Shown here piece by piece: positions 53,792-63,286 of a stretch of DNA of 64,000 nt. The position numbers and the translations under genes are program-made. Position 1 is the first letter of the stretch. Each line of letters begins with the position of its first letter. This stretch comes from Xanthobacteraceae bacterium (GTDB lineage: Bacteria; Pseudomonadota; Alphaproteobacteria; Rhizobiales; Xanthobacteraceae), in assembly GCA_035716025.1 (NCBI GenBank), contig DASTKH010000041.1:177426-241425 (forward strand), read 5' to 3'. The notes beneath the pieces are model-generated. The model worked only from the letters and a program-made list of their open reading frames with translations. It was not told the DNA's origin and searched no databases.

Positions 53792-54508
53792 ATGCCTGAC
53801 CGAAAGGCCGTCCAGTCTGCCGCAAACGACGATACGGCGCCGCACTATCGCGGCCATCGCGAGCGTCTGCGTGCGCGCTTCCGGGAAGCGGGGCCGGAGG
53901 CCCTTGCGGATTACGAATTGCTCGAGCTCGTGCTGTTTCGCGCGATTCCGCAGCGGGACGTGAAGCCGATCGCCAAGCGGCTGATCGAGATCTTCGGCTC
54001 CTTCGCCGAAGCCATCACTGCGCCGCCTGCGCGGCTTGCCGAAATCCCCGGCATCAAGGAGGCGGCCATCACCGAGTTCAAGATCGTCGCCGCGGCCGCC
54101 CAACGCCTCGCGCGCGGCGCCGTGAAGCGGCGGCCGGCCCTTTCCTCCTGGTCGGCGGTGCTGGACTATTGCCGGACCACGATGGCCTTCGCGGACAAGG
54201 AGCAGTTCCGTATCCTCTTCCTCGACAAGCGCAACCAGCTCATCGCCGACGAGGTGCAACAAGTGGGCACCGTCGATCATACGCCGGTTTACCCCCGCGA
54301 GGTGCTCAAGCGGGCGCTTGAATTGTCGGCAACCGCCATCATTCTCGTGCACAACCACCCGTCGGGCGATCCCACACCCTCGCAGGCCGACATCCAGATG
54401 ACGCAGGCGATCGTCGACGTGGCAAAGCCGCTCGGTATTGCCGTGCACGACCACATCATCGTGGGCAAGGAAGGGCACGCCAGCTTCAAGGGATTGAAAC
54501 TGATGTAA
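53792..54508 (+). CDS. radC: RadC-family JAB/MPN-domain protein
   Basis: N-terminal HhH region (YELLELVLF) and the JAMM motif [17 protein letters not shown]. Confidence 0.85.
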   Translation: MPDRKAVQSAANDDTAPHYRGHRERLRARFREAGPEALADYELLELVLFRAIPQRDVKPIAKRLIEIFGSFAEAITAPPARLAEIPGIKEAAITEFKIVAAAAQRLARGAVKRRPALSSWSAVLDYCRTTMAFADKEQFRILFLDKRNQLIADEVQQVGTVDHTPVYPREVLKRALELSATAIILVHNHPSGDPTPSQADIQMTQAIVDVAKPLGIAVHDHIIVGKEGHASFKGLKLM

Positions 54509-54541
54509 ACGCGGCCGCGCGTGGACCGGCTGTCCGCAGGT

Positions 54542-55153
54542 TCACTTGATCGGCGAGAAGGCGGTCGGCACGTAGATGTCGTTCTTCTGGTCGAGCAGCG
54601 TGGCCTCGCCGCCGCCGGGCGGCGGCCAAATCCCGTCCTTCACGGCCTTGGTCCGTACGCTGTAGCGCTCGTCCATGCTCTGATACGGCCAGATGTGGAT
54701 GAAGCGGGTGGTGACCCCGCTGACCGAATTCATCGCGATAAGGAGCGGCGAGCGCTTGATGCGCTCCGGCAACGCCTTCTGCCAGCGGTCGATATTTCCG
54801 GTCACGACGCCCGGCTTCATGAGATAGGTCCGGACCTCGAAGAACGGCCCGTAAGTCCCGGGTTGCAGCGGCGCCAGGAAGGGCAGGGGCGCGTAGCTGT
54901 CGCTTGTCGCCGAGATCGCGAACTCGCCGACCCCGAGCGGACTTTCGCTCATCACCATGGCCTCGCGCGCGGCGGCGGCGGCTTCAGCGGAGTCAAATTC
55001 GCGGATCACCAGGATCTGGTTGAGCTGGCCGATGTCGGTCGTCCAACAGGCCAGCAGCTTGCCGGCGCCGGTGCTCAGCGCCTGCTGCAATTTGGGCAGG
55101 GCGCGCGGCATCGTGCCGGGTCTCAGCGCGATCAAGGTGACGTCGTAAGCCAT
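54542..55153 (-). CDS. NIPSNAP-family protein (two NIPSNAP repeats)
   Basis: 203 aa from ATG 55153, with ...CWTTDIGQLNQILVIREFDS... and ...FEVRTYLMKPG...FIHIWPYQSMDER. Confidence 0.7.
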   Translation of the reverse strand: MAYDVTLIALRPGTMPRALPKLQQALSTGAGKLLACWTTDIGQLNQILVIREFDSAEAAAAAREAMVMSESPLGVGEFAISATSDSYAPLPFLAPLQPGTYGPFFEVRTYLMKPGVVTGNIDRWQKALPERIKRSPLLIAMNSVSGVTTRFIHIWPYQSMDERYSVRTKAVKDGIWPPPGGGEATLLDQKNDIYVPTAFSPIK

Positions 55154-55341
55154 GGTGATCCACCGTGTCGGGAAAGGGCGTGGCGAGCGGGGGCCTGCGC
55201 ATTGCGTCTTCTTAAGCTCGGCGTTGCAGGCGGCCGCAAGGCTAGCGGAGCGGGACATCCGGCGCAATCCGCCCATTTTGCGTCTCGTCAGGCCGGCGCC
55301 GCTTCGATAGGTTCCGGCGAAACCTGTCGAGGGGGAGTCGC

Positions 55342-56097
55342 ATGCCGAACGCCATCGACCTTTCCGGGCGCTTTGCCGTCGTGACGGGGGGCGCGCAGGG
55401 CATCGGACGCGCGATCGTCGAGCGGTTCGTCACGTCGGGCGCCGCGGTCGCGATCTGGGATCGCGACGTCGCACTCGCCCGGGAGGTCGCGGCGGAACTC
55501 GGCGTGCGCGGCCGCGTCCGGGAGGTGGAAGCCGACGTCACCAAGCTCGCCGCGGTCGAGCATGCGCGCGACGAGACGCTCGCGACCTTTGGGCGGATCG
55601 ATATTCTCGTCAACAATGCCGGCATCGCCGGTCCCAACAAGCCGACCTGGGAGTACCCGCCGGAGGCCTGGTCGCAGGTGATGACCGTCAATCTCGACAG
55701 TCAGTTCTACTGCTGCCGCGCCGTCGTGCCCGGCATGATCGCGCAGAACTACGGCCGCATCGTCAACATCGCGTCGGTCGCCGGAAAAGAGGGAAATCCC
55801 AACGCGCCGGCCTACTCGGCCTCGAAGGCCGGCGTCATTGCCCTCACCAAGTCGCTCGGAAAAGAGCTTGCGAATTACGACATCGCGGTGAACTGCATCA
55901 CGCCCGCGGCCGCCCGAACGGCGATCTTCGAACAGATGACCGAACAGCACATCGCATACATGCTCTCGAAGATCCCGCGGGGGCGATTCGTCGAGGTCGC
56001 GGAGATTGCCGCGCTCGCGGCTTTCTGCGCCTCCGCCGAATGTTCCTTCACCACCGGCGCGGTGTTCGACATTTCGGGCGGACGTGCGACCTACTGA
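55342..56097 (+). CDS. SDR-family oxidoreductase (FabG-like)
   Basis: TGGAQGIGRA, NNAG, and the catalytic YSASKAG. Confidence 0.85.
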   Translation: MPNAIDLSGRFAVVTGGAQGIGRAIVERFVTSGAAVAIWDRDVALAREVAAELGVRGRVREVEADVTKLAAVEHARDETLATFGRIDILVNNAGIAGPNKPTWEYPPEAWSQVMTVNLDSQFYCCRAVVPGMIAQNYGRIVNIASVAGKEGNPNAPAYSASKAGVIALTKSLGKELANYDIAVNCITPAAARTAIFEQMTEQHIAYMLSKIPRGRFVEVAEIAALAAFCASAECSFTTGAVFDISGGRATY

Positions 56098-56126
56098 CTT
56101 GTCGGAAGGCCGTCCGCGAGAGGTCC

Positions 56127-57032
56127 ATGCGCTTGAGCGACGATACGCCGACCTTCGCCCGGGAACGCCGCCAGCGGCTCACCGGAATCCTGCTGATGAT
56201 GGGCGCAGTCGCGACCTTTTCCTGCATCGACGCGTCCTCGAAATACCTCAACGCCCACATGTCGGTCACGCAGGTTGTCTGGGCTCGCTACACTTTCGCG
56301 TTTCTCTTGACGCTGATCGTGTCGAACCCGATCACGCGCCCGGGGCTCACCCGCACCACGCGCCCGGCCCTGCAGATCGGCCGCTCGCTGCTGCTCGTCG
56401 CTTCGACCGCTTTCAACGTGATCGCGCTGCGCTATCTGCAACTCGATCAGACCGTCTCCATCATGTTCTCGCTGCCGCTCATCGTGGCGCTGCTTTCGGG
56501 GCCGCTGCTGGGAGAGTGGATCGATTCGCGGCGCTGGGCGGCGATCGCGATCGGCTTCTTGGGCGTGGTGGTGGTGATGCGGCCGGGTCTCGGAGGCATT
56601 CACCCCGCTGCGATTTTGTCGGTCCTCGGCACAGTCTGCTACGGATTTTACGCCATCGCGACGCGCGTGCTGGCGCGCACGGATGAGACCGACACGACGC
56701 TGTTCTATTCGAACGTCGTGGGCTGCGTCGGCACAAGCGCGATGCTGCCGTTTGTGTGGACGACACCCGACAGTTGGACGGTCGTCGTCGTTATGGTGGC
56801 GATCGGTTTCTTCGGCTCCTTGGGCCATTTCTTGATGATTGCGGCGCACCGCCTGGCGCCGGCGCCGATCCTCGCGCCCTTCGTCTATACCCAGATCGTC
56901 TGGATGGCGACGCTCGGTTTTGTCGTCTTCGGCGACGTGCCGAACGAGTGGACGCTTCTCGGCGCGGCGATCGTCATCGCCTCCGGCCTCTATCTCCTGT
57001 TGCGGGAGCGGCGGGTCAAGCGCCGCGCCTAG
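56127..57032 (+). CDS. DMT-superfamily transporter (EamA-like, 10 TM)
   Basis: 301 aa from ATG 56127, with two EamA repeats. Confidence 0.8.
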   Translation: MRLSDDTPTFARERRQRLTGILLMMGAVATFSCIDASSKYLNAHMSVTQVVWARYTFAFLLTLIVSNPITRPGLTRTTRPALQIGRSLLLVASTAFNVIALRYLQLDQTVSIMFSLPLIVALLSGPLLGEWIDSRRWAAIAIGFLGVVVVMRPGLGGIHPAAILSVLGTVCYGFYAIATRVLARTDETDTTLFYSNVVGCVGTSAMLPFVWTTPDSWTVVVVMVAIGFFGSLGHFLMIAAHRLAPAPILAPFVYTQIVWMATLGFVVFGDVPNEWTLLGAAIVIASGLYLLLRERRVKRRA

Positions 57033-57035
57033 CGG

Positions 57036-57983
57036 TCATTCCTTTACCGCGCCGGTCATCGCCGAAACATAGTGTTCGACGAAGAAGGCATAGAGAACGA
57101 CGAGCGGCAGCGAGCCGACGAGCGCGCCGGCCATCAGCGAGCCCCAGCGATAGATGTCGCCGTCAACGAATTCGTTGACGATCGCGACCGGCACCGTCTT
57201 GTTCTGCACCGAGGTGAGGAAGGTCAGCGCGTAGATGAACTCGTTCCAGCACAGGGTGAAACAGAAGATGAAAGCGGAGATGAGTCCCGGAACCGAGAGC
57301 GGCAGCACGATCTTGAGCAGGATTTGCCAGCGGCTTGCCCCGTCGATCAACGCACATTCCTCGAGCTCGAAGGGAATCGTTTTGAAATAGCCCATCAGCA
57401 GCCAGGTCGAGAAGGGAATGAGGATCGTCGGATAGGTGAGGATCAGTGCATAGGGGGTGTCGAACAAGCCGTATTGGAAAACGACGGTGGCGAGCGGAAT
57501 GAAGAGGATCGAGGGCGGAACGAGATAGGCGAGAAAGATCATGCCACCGATCCACTGCGCCCCGCGAAAGCGCAGGCGCACGATGGCATAGGCGGCAAGC
57601 ACGCTGGCGACGATCGACAGGATCGTCGAGGCGATCGCCACATACATCGTGTTCCACAGCCATTGCGGATAATGGCTCTCGAACAGCAGCTTCTCAATGT
57701 GCTTGAGCGTCGGCGCCGTCGTCCAGAACGGGTTGTAGGTGTCAAGGTCGAGAAGCTGCTCGTCCGGTTTGATCGCGGTCAGCGCCATCCAGTAGAACGG
57801 AAACAAGAGGATGACGACGATGATCGACAGCGGCAGATAGAGCGTCACGAGCCGCCGCGGAAGCGACTGCAGATAGCTCATGCCCTCCGTGTCGTCGGCG
57901 GCCGGAGTCGCACCGGCGAGCACGCGTCGCGGCGCAGCGGCCGCTGCGGCAAGCTTGGAAGCGACGGTATCCGTCATCGACAA
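57036..57983 (-). CDS. Carbohydrate ABC transporter permease (MalG/UgpE-like)
   Basis: 315 aa. EAA-loop region ECALIDGASRWQILLKIVLPLSVPG. Confidence 0.88.
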   Translation of the reverse strand: MSMTDTVASKLAAAAAAPRRVLAGATPAADDTEGMSYLQSLPRRLVTLYLPLSIIVVILLFPFYWMALTAIKPDEQLLDLDTYNPFWTTAPTLKHIEKLLFESHYPQWLWNTMYVAIASTILSIVASVLAAYAIVRLRFRGAQWIGGMIFLAYLVPPSILFIPLATVVFQYGLFDTPYALILTYPTILIPFSTWLLMGYFKTIPFELEECALIDGASRWQILLKIVLPLSVPGLISAFIFCFTLCWNEFIYALTFLTSVQNKTVPVAIVNEFVDGDIYRWGSLMAGALVGSLPLVVLYAFFVEHYVSAMTGAVKE

Positions 57984-58049
57984 CCTCCCTCCGCCGTGTC
58001 CCGGCGCGGGTGTGTTCGAAGCGCGCCGCGAGACGACGGCGAATATGTG

Positions 58050-59006
58050 TCAATCATTCGACTCTCCCTGCTGCCACTTGCGGCGCTGCAGGCCGAACCA
58101 GGAGATCATGATGGCGGCCAGCAGGAACGGAATCATCGCGGTCGAGATCGCGGCGCCTTCGCCGAGGTACCCGCCGATGATCGCCCGCTGGTAGGACAGC
58201 GTCGCCATGAGATGGGTGGCGTTCACCGGGCCGCCGCGCGTCATCGCCCAGATGAGCTGGAAATCGGTGAAGGTGAACAGCACCGAAAAGGTCATCACGA
58301 CCGCGATGATGGGCGTGAGCAGGGGGTAGGTGATGTGGCGGAACATCTGCCAGCGGCTCGCGCCGTCGATTGTCGCGGCCTCGTACAGCGAGGGTTGAAC
58401 GGTCTGAAGCCCGGCGAGCAGCGTGATGGCGACGAAGGGTACGCCGCGCCAGATGTTCGCGAAGATGACGCAGAAGCGTGCCCAGTTCGGATCCCCGAGA
58501 AAGTTGATGTTCTCGCTGATGAGCCCGAGTTGGCGAAGCGACCAGGAGATGATCGAGAACTGGGCATCGAAGATCCACCAGAAGGCGAGCGCCGACAAGA
58601 CGGTCGGGACGATGAAGGGAATGAGGACGACCGCGCGCAGCATCGCCTTGAAGGGCAATCTCTCGTTGAGCAGCAGCGCGAGGTAAAGTCCGACGGCGAA
58701 CTTGATGCTGCTTGCCACGACCGTATAGAGGAGCGTGTTGAACACGGAGAGCCAGAAGATCGAATCGTCCTTGAGCCATTCGTAGTTCTCGATTCCGACG
58801 AACACGCCGGCACGTCCGATGCGTGCGTCGGTAAAAGAAATCCAGATTCCGAGGCCGAGCGGATAGGCGAGGAACAGGACAAGGAAGGCCATCGCCGGCA
58901 GCATGAACCAGAAGCCGAGCCAGTTGCGGTTCACCTTCAGGCGGTCCCACAGGCTCACGGGCCGGGTCGGCGGTTTGACGGCGCTGTCGAGGGCGATTTC
59001 GGCCAT
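58050..59006 (-). CDS. Carbohydrate ABC transporter permease (MalF/UgpA-like)
   Basis: 318 aa from ATG 59006. EAA loop YEAATIDGASRWQMFRHITYPLL. Confidence 0.88.
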   Translation of the reverse strand: MAEIALDSAVKPPTRPVSLWDRLKVNRNWLGFWFMLPAMAFLVLFLAYPLGLGIWISFTDARIGRAGVFVGIENYEWLKDDSIFWLSVFNTLLYTVVASSIKFAVGLYLALLLNERLPFKAMLRAVVLIPFIVPTVLSALAFWWIFDAQFSIISWSLRQLGLISENINFLGDPNWARFCVIFANIWRGVPFVAITLLAGLQTVQPSLYEAATIDGASRWQMFRHITYPLLTPIIAVVMTFSVLFTFTDFQLIWAMTRGGPVNATHLMATLSYQRAIIGGYLGEGAAISTAMIPFLLAAIMISWFGLQRRKWQQGESND

Positions 59007-59141
59007 GGGTTCGGTCGTCCCGACGATGATCAGAGCGGAATGGAGCGGATCCGGACGCTCCGGACGTCCGCCCGCATGGACGCTTCGGCGCCGGCGCGGA
59101 GCCGGGTCCCAAAGTGGCGCTTGCGCGAAAACGACGACAGC

Positions 59142-59161
59142 ATGAGACGATCCGGTCTCAT
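59142..59161. other. 7-bp-stem inverted repeat ATGAGAC-GATCCG-GTCTCAT in the SBP-permease intergenic region
   Basis: Perfect 7-bp arms with a 6-nt spacer, inside the 215-nt gap between the downstream SBP gene and the first permease gene. It could be an intercistronic mRNA stem-loop. Confidence 0.35.
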
Positions 59162-59221
59162 CGCAATCTGCTTTCGATGCGCCGTGCTTCCGTGCCGACG
59201 GAGCGAGGCGGCGCGGGTTTG

Positions 59222-60535
59222 TCAGCGGTAGAGGCGCTTCGCCTGCCGCTCGGCGATCGCGATGGCGCCCTTGGCATCCTCGCGTCCGGTGCAGTAGTTC
59301 GCGAACATGTCGAGCACGATGAAATCGGCGAGCGCGGCCGCCGCCCGCTCGCCCACGGAGCCGAGCCCTCCCGCCGTGAGCGTGCGCATCGCGACGTCGC
59401 GGCACACCGTGAGCTTCGGGTCGGCTGTCCAGATCGGGTTCTTCTCGTAGGCGCGCAGCCCGGGCGTGAGGTAGCCAACCGACTTCTCGACCCAGGGGTT
59501 GAGCTGGTCCGCTTCCATGAGAAAGGCGATGAACGCCTTCGCGGCCTGCGGGAACTTCGTGTACTTCATGATGAGCAGCGGATAGGCGATGTGAAACTCG
59601 GTCGGCTTTCCGGCCGGGCCGATCGGCCACAGCGCGTGCTCGATGTCCGCCGTCATGTCCATGTGCTGCGCCTTGGCGGCGGCATAGATGGACACGCCGT
59701 TCGCGGTCCAATGGATCTCCCCAGAGAGGAAGGCCTTGTTGTTGGAGGAGTCGTTCCAGGAGGCGGTGCCGGGAATGAAGTTGGCGTAGAGCTGCTTGGC
59801 GTATTCGAGCGCCTTCACCGTCTCCGGCGAATTGATGATCACCTTGTCGCTGGCATCGACGAGATTGCCGCCGTGGGACCAGAGGCACCAATGCACCCAG
59901 GCGTTGCCGTCGCCAGAGGCATGGCCGAGCGCGAGCCCGCCCGGCGTGTTGTTCGCCTTCATGGCTTTGACGAATGCCAGGAATTCGTCGGTCGTCTTGG
60001 GAAACGTCTTGAACCCCGCCTTCTCCATGGAGGACTTGCGGTAATTCAGGACATTGCCGTTGTAGGCGACCGGGATGTCGATCCAGTGATCGCCGCTCTT
60101 GCCGTACGCCACGGCAGACGGCACCCAGCCCCCGTACTTCTTGCCGAGATAGTCGGCGACGTCGGTCACGTCCACACACTTCTCGGGAAAGAGGTGCGGG
60201 AGGGAATAGAGGCCCCAGAACATGTCGGGCCCCGAGCCCGTATTGGCGGCCACGGAAGCCTTTGGCTGAACGTCGTCGAGAGACTCGTTGACGATCGTGA
60301 GTTTCACGCCCGTCGCCTTGGTAAAGGCGTCGACGATCGTCATGAACGCGTCTTCCTCCGCCTGGATGAAGCGTTTCCACCGCAGCAGCGTCAGTTGCGC
60401 GTCCTTTTCCGGTTTCCACGGCGCGGTTTGCGCCCACGCGGCGGCCCAGCGCGTCAGGCCGGAGCCGGCGAGGGTGGCGGCCGCGGCGAGGGTACCGGCC
60501 CCGCGAACGAAATTGCGACGGGTAAGGGAATTCAT
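59222..60535 (-). CDS. Sugar-type ABC substrate-binding protein with a twin-arginine signal (paralog A)
   Basis: MNSLTRRNFVRGAGTLAAAATLAG...AWAQ is Tat-like. The 437-aa family-1 SBP is colinear with the upstream paralog. Confidence 0.85.
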   Translation of the reverse strand: MNSLTRRNFVRGAGTLAAAATLAGSGLTRWAAAWAQTAPWKPEKDAQLTLLRWKRFIQAEEDAFMTIVDAFTKATGVKLTIVNESLDDVQPKASVAANTGSGPDMFWGLYSLPHLFPEKCVDVTDVADYLGKKYGGWVPSAVAYGKSGDHWIDIPVAYNGNVLNYRKSSMEKAGFKTFPKTTDEFLAFVKAMKANNTPGGLALGHASGDGNAWVHWCLWSHGGNLVDASDKVIINSPETVKALEYAKQLYANFIPGTASWNDSSNNKAFLSGEIHWTANGVSIYAAAKAQHMDMTADIEHALWPIGPAGKPTEFHIAYPLLIMKYTKFPQAAKAFIAFLMEADQLNPWVEKSVGYLTPGLRAYEKNPIWTADPKLTVCRDVAMRTLTAGGLGSVGERAAAALADFIVLDMFANYCTGREDAKGAIAIAERQAKRLYR

Positions 60536-60638
60536 CGGCTCGTCCTCTCGATCGCCTGGCGCGCTCGAAGCCGGGCGCGCGCCCGTTCGCTTGGGTCGCG
60601 GAGGCGGGCGGCCGACACGCCGCCGCCCCGCCCGACGC

Positions 60639-61958
60639 CTAGCGGTAAATGCGCTTGAGCTGCCGCTCGGCCACCGCGATGGCGCCCTTGGCGTCCTCGC
60701 GTCCGGTGCAGTAGTTCGCGAACATGTCGACCACGATGAAGTCGGCAATCGCGGTCGCCGCCTTCTCGCCGACCTTGCCGATGCCGGAGGCCGGCAGCGC
60801 GCGCTTGCTGGCGTGGCTGAACACCTCGTTCTTCGGGTCGGCCTTCCACACCGGCGCTGCGTCATAGGCATTGAGGGTGTGGGTGAGATAGCCGCGCGCG
60901 CCCGCGAGCCACTTCTCGAAATTCTCCTTCTCCAGCATGAAGGCGATGAAGGCCTTCGCGGCGTTCGGGTACTTGGAGAACTTGAAGGCTAGGATGGGAA
61001 CGCAGAGCTGCAACTCGGTCGGCTTGCCGACAGGCCCCACCGGCCAGAGCGCGTGATAGGTGTCGGCGGCGAGGTCCTTCTTGCTCGCGTCGTCCTTGGC
61101 CGCGACATAGATCGAGATGCCGTTGCCCGTGAGATAAAGCTCGCCCGCAAGAAAGGCCTTGTTGTTGGAGCTGTCGTTCCAGGATGCGGTGCCCGGCACG
61201 AATGTATCGACCAGCGCCTTGCAGTATTCGAGCGCTTTCACGGTCTCGGGCGAGTTGATGATCACCTTGTCGTTCTTGTCGACGGTGTAGGCGCCGTGCC
61301 CCCATAGCACCCAGTGCAGCCAAGCGTTCGCATCGCCGGAGGCATGGCCGAGCGCAAAGCCCGCCGGCGTGTTGTTCTTCTTGAGCGCCTTGCACAGCTC
61401 GAGGAATCCGGGGAAGTCCTGCGGAACCTCCTTGAAGCCCGCCTTCTCGACCGCCGATTTGCGATAGGTGATGTAACCGCCGATCGTCGCGACCGGGATG
61501 CCGAGCCAATCATTGCCCTGCTTGCAGGTCAGAGCCGCCGCCTCGGTCCAGCCGCCGTATTTCTTGCCGAGATAGTCGGCGACGTCGTTCATCAGCAGCA
61601 CCTTGGTGGGGAACAATTGCGGCAACGTGTGCAGCCCCCAGACAATGTCGAGGCCCGACCCGGTGTTGGCGGCGACGGAGGCCTTGGGCTGCACATCCTC
61701 GAAGGATTCGCTGAACACGTTCATCTCGGCGCCGGTTGCCGACTTGAAGGCGGCAACCATCTCGTTGAACGCCTTGTCCTCCGACTCGACGAATCGCTTC
61801 CAGCGCATGACCGTGAGCTTTGCGCCCTTTTCCACCTTCCACGGCGCCGACTGGGCCCACGCCTTTGCGAAGGCGAACAGAGCGGGGCCGGTGAGCGCCC
61901 CGGCCGCGGCAAAGGCGGTGCCGGCTTGCAGCACGGCGCGACGCGTCAGATCGTTCAT
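60639..61958 (-). CDS. Sugar-type ABC substrate-binding protein with a twin-arginine signal (paralog B)
   Basis: MNDLTRRAVLQAGTAFAAAGALTG...AWAQ. 439 aa. Shared blocks with paralog A include DVQPKASVAANTGSG, DYLGKKYGGW, LGHASGD.NAW.HW, PGTASWNDSSNNKAFL and DMFANYCTGREDAKGAIA. Confidence 0.85.
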   Translation of the reverse strand: MNDLTRRAVLQAGTAFAAAGALTGPALFAFAKAWAQSAPWKVEKGAKLTVMRWKRFVESEDKAFNEMVAAFKSATGAEMNVFSESFEDVQPKASVAANTGSGLDIVWGLHTLPQLFPTKVLLMNDVADYLGKKYGGWTEAAALTCKQGNDWLGIPVATIGGYITYRKSAVEKAGFKEVPQDFPGFLELCKALKKNNTPAGFALGHASGDANAWLHWVLWGHGAYTVDKNDKVIINSPETVKALEYCKALVDTFVPGTASWNDSSNNKAFLAGELYLTGNGISIYVAAKDDASKKDLAADTYHALWPVGPVGKPTELQLCVPILAFKFSKYPNAAKAFIAFMLEKENFEKWLAGARGYLTHTLNAYDAAPVWKADPKNEVFSHASKRALPASGIGKVGEKAATAIADFIVVDMFANYCTGREDAKGAIAVAERQLKRIYR

Positions 61959-62003
61959 GGGTTTCTTCCTCCCTCTCGTTATGCGCCCGGGCGGGCGCGG
62001 CTT

Positions 62004-63071
62004 TTAGGAACCCACTCGTTTCCCGGTTGCCTCATCGAACAGATGCACCAGGTTCGGGTCCGGCTTGAGCCGGATCTTGTCGCCCGGCTTGAATTGATGG
62101 CGTTCGCGGAACACCGCGACGATCTCCTCGCCTCCGAGATTGGCAAAGACCTGTGTCTCGGAGCCCGTCGGCTCGACGACGACGATCTCCGCCGGGGCGC
62201 CTTCATCGGCGATGACGAAATGCTCGGGGCGAATGCCGTAAACTGCGGGGCGCCCCGCGGACTGTGCAGGCGCCGAGGCGAGCGGCAGCCGCACGCCGTT
62301 GGGGCCCTCGAAAAACACGGATCCGTTCGTCCTCACATGCCCTTTGAGGAAGTTCATCGCCGGCGAACCGATGAAACCGGCGACGAACATGTTGTCCGGC
62401 CGGTCGTAGAGATCGAGCGGCGCGCCGATCTGCTCAACGAGCCCATCGTGCATCACGACGATCTTGTCGGCCATCGTCATGGCCTCGATCTGATCGTGGG
62501 TCACGTAAACGGTCGTAGTTTTGAGCCGCTGGTGCAGCTCCTTGATCTCGGTGCGCATCGCAACCCGCAGCTTGGCATCGAGGTTCGACAGCGGCTCGTC
62601 GAACAGGAAGACCTGCGGATCACGCACGATCGCGCGTCCCATGGCGACGCGCTGGCGCTGGCCGCCGGAAAGCTGGCGCGGAAAACGCTCGAGCAGCGGC
62701 TCGAGCCCGAGAATTTGCGCCGCCCGCCGCACGCGGGTGTCGATTTCACTCTTCGGGGCACCGCGCAGCTTCAAGGAGAAGCCCATATTGTCGGCGACGG
62801 TCATATGCGGATAGAGCGCGTAATTCTGAAAAACCATGGCGATGTCGCGCTCTTTCGGTGGCAGCAGGTTCACCACCCGCTCGCCGATGCTGATCTCGCC
62901 GGCCGTGATGTTTTCGAGCCCGGCGATCATGCGCAGCAGCGTGGATTTGCCGCAGCCCGAAGGGCCGACGAGAACGACGAATTCGCCGTCGCCGATCGAG
63001 ATGTCCACGCCGTGAATGACGTAGGTCGCGCCAAACGCCTTCTTGACGTCGTTGATCTGCACCGACGCCAT
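62004..63071 (-). CDS. Sugar ABC transporter ATP-binding protein (UgpC/MalK-like)
   Basis: Walker A GPSGCGKST, signature LSGGQRQR, Walker B FLFDEPLSNLD, and a C-terminal TOBE-like domain. GGAGG lies upstream of ATG 63071. Confidence 0.9.
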   Translation of the reverse strand: MASVQINDVKKAFGATYVIHGVDISIGDGEFVVLVGPSGCGKSTLLRMIAGLENITAGEISIGERVVNLLPPKERDIAMVFQNYALYPHMTVADNMGFSLKLRGAPKSEIDTRVRRAAQILGLEPLLERFPRQLSGGQRQRVAMGRAIVRDPQVFLFDEPLSNLDAKLRVAMRTEIKELHQRLKTTTVYVTHDQIEAMTMADKIVVMHDGLVEQIGAPLDLYDRPDNMFVAGFIGSPAMNFLKGHVRTNGSVFFEGPNGVRLPLASAPAQSAGRPAVYGIRPEHFVIADEGAPAEIVVVEPTGSETQVFANLGGEEIVAVFRERHQFKPGDKIRLKPDPNLVHLFDEATGKRVGS

Positions 63072-63286
63072 ACGTTCCTCCCTCAACGCGCCGCGGAGGC
63101 TTTTCGCCTCTCTTCGAGAACGTCCGTGGAGCGTTCACCGGCTGGCAAGACATTGTTGCCCGGGAAGAAAGGAAATCAAGTCCTATCATGGTCGGGCATT
63201 GAAAACGCCACACGGCCCGCCCAGACTCGGGCGCCGGAGCGCGTCGCCGCGTCCCGCGCGTCACGATGGGAAAGGGAAATTCGCAG

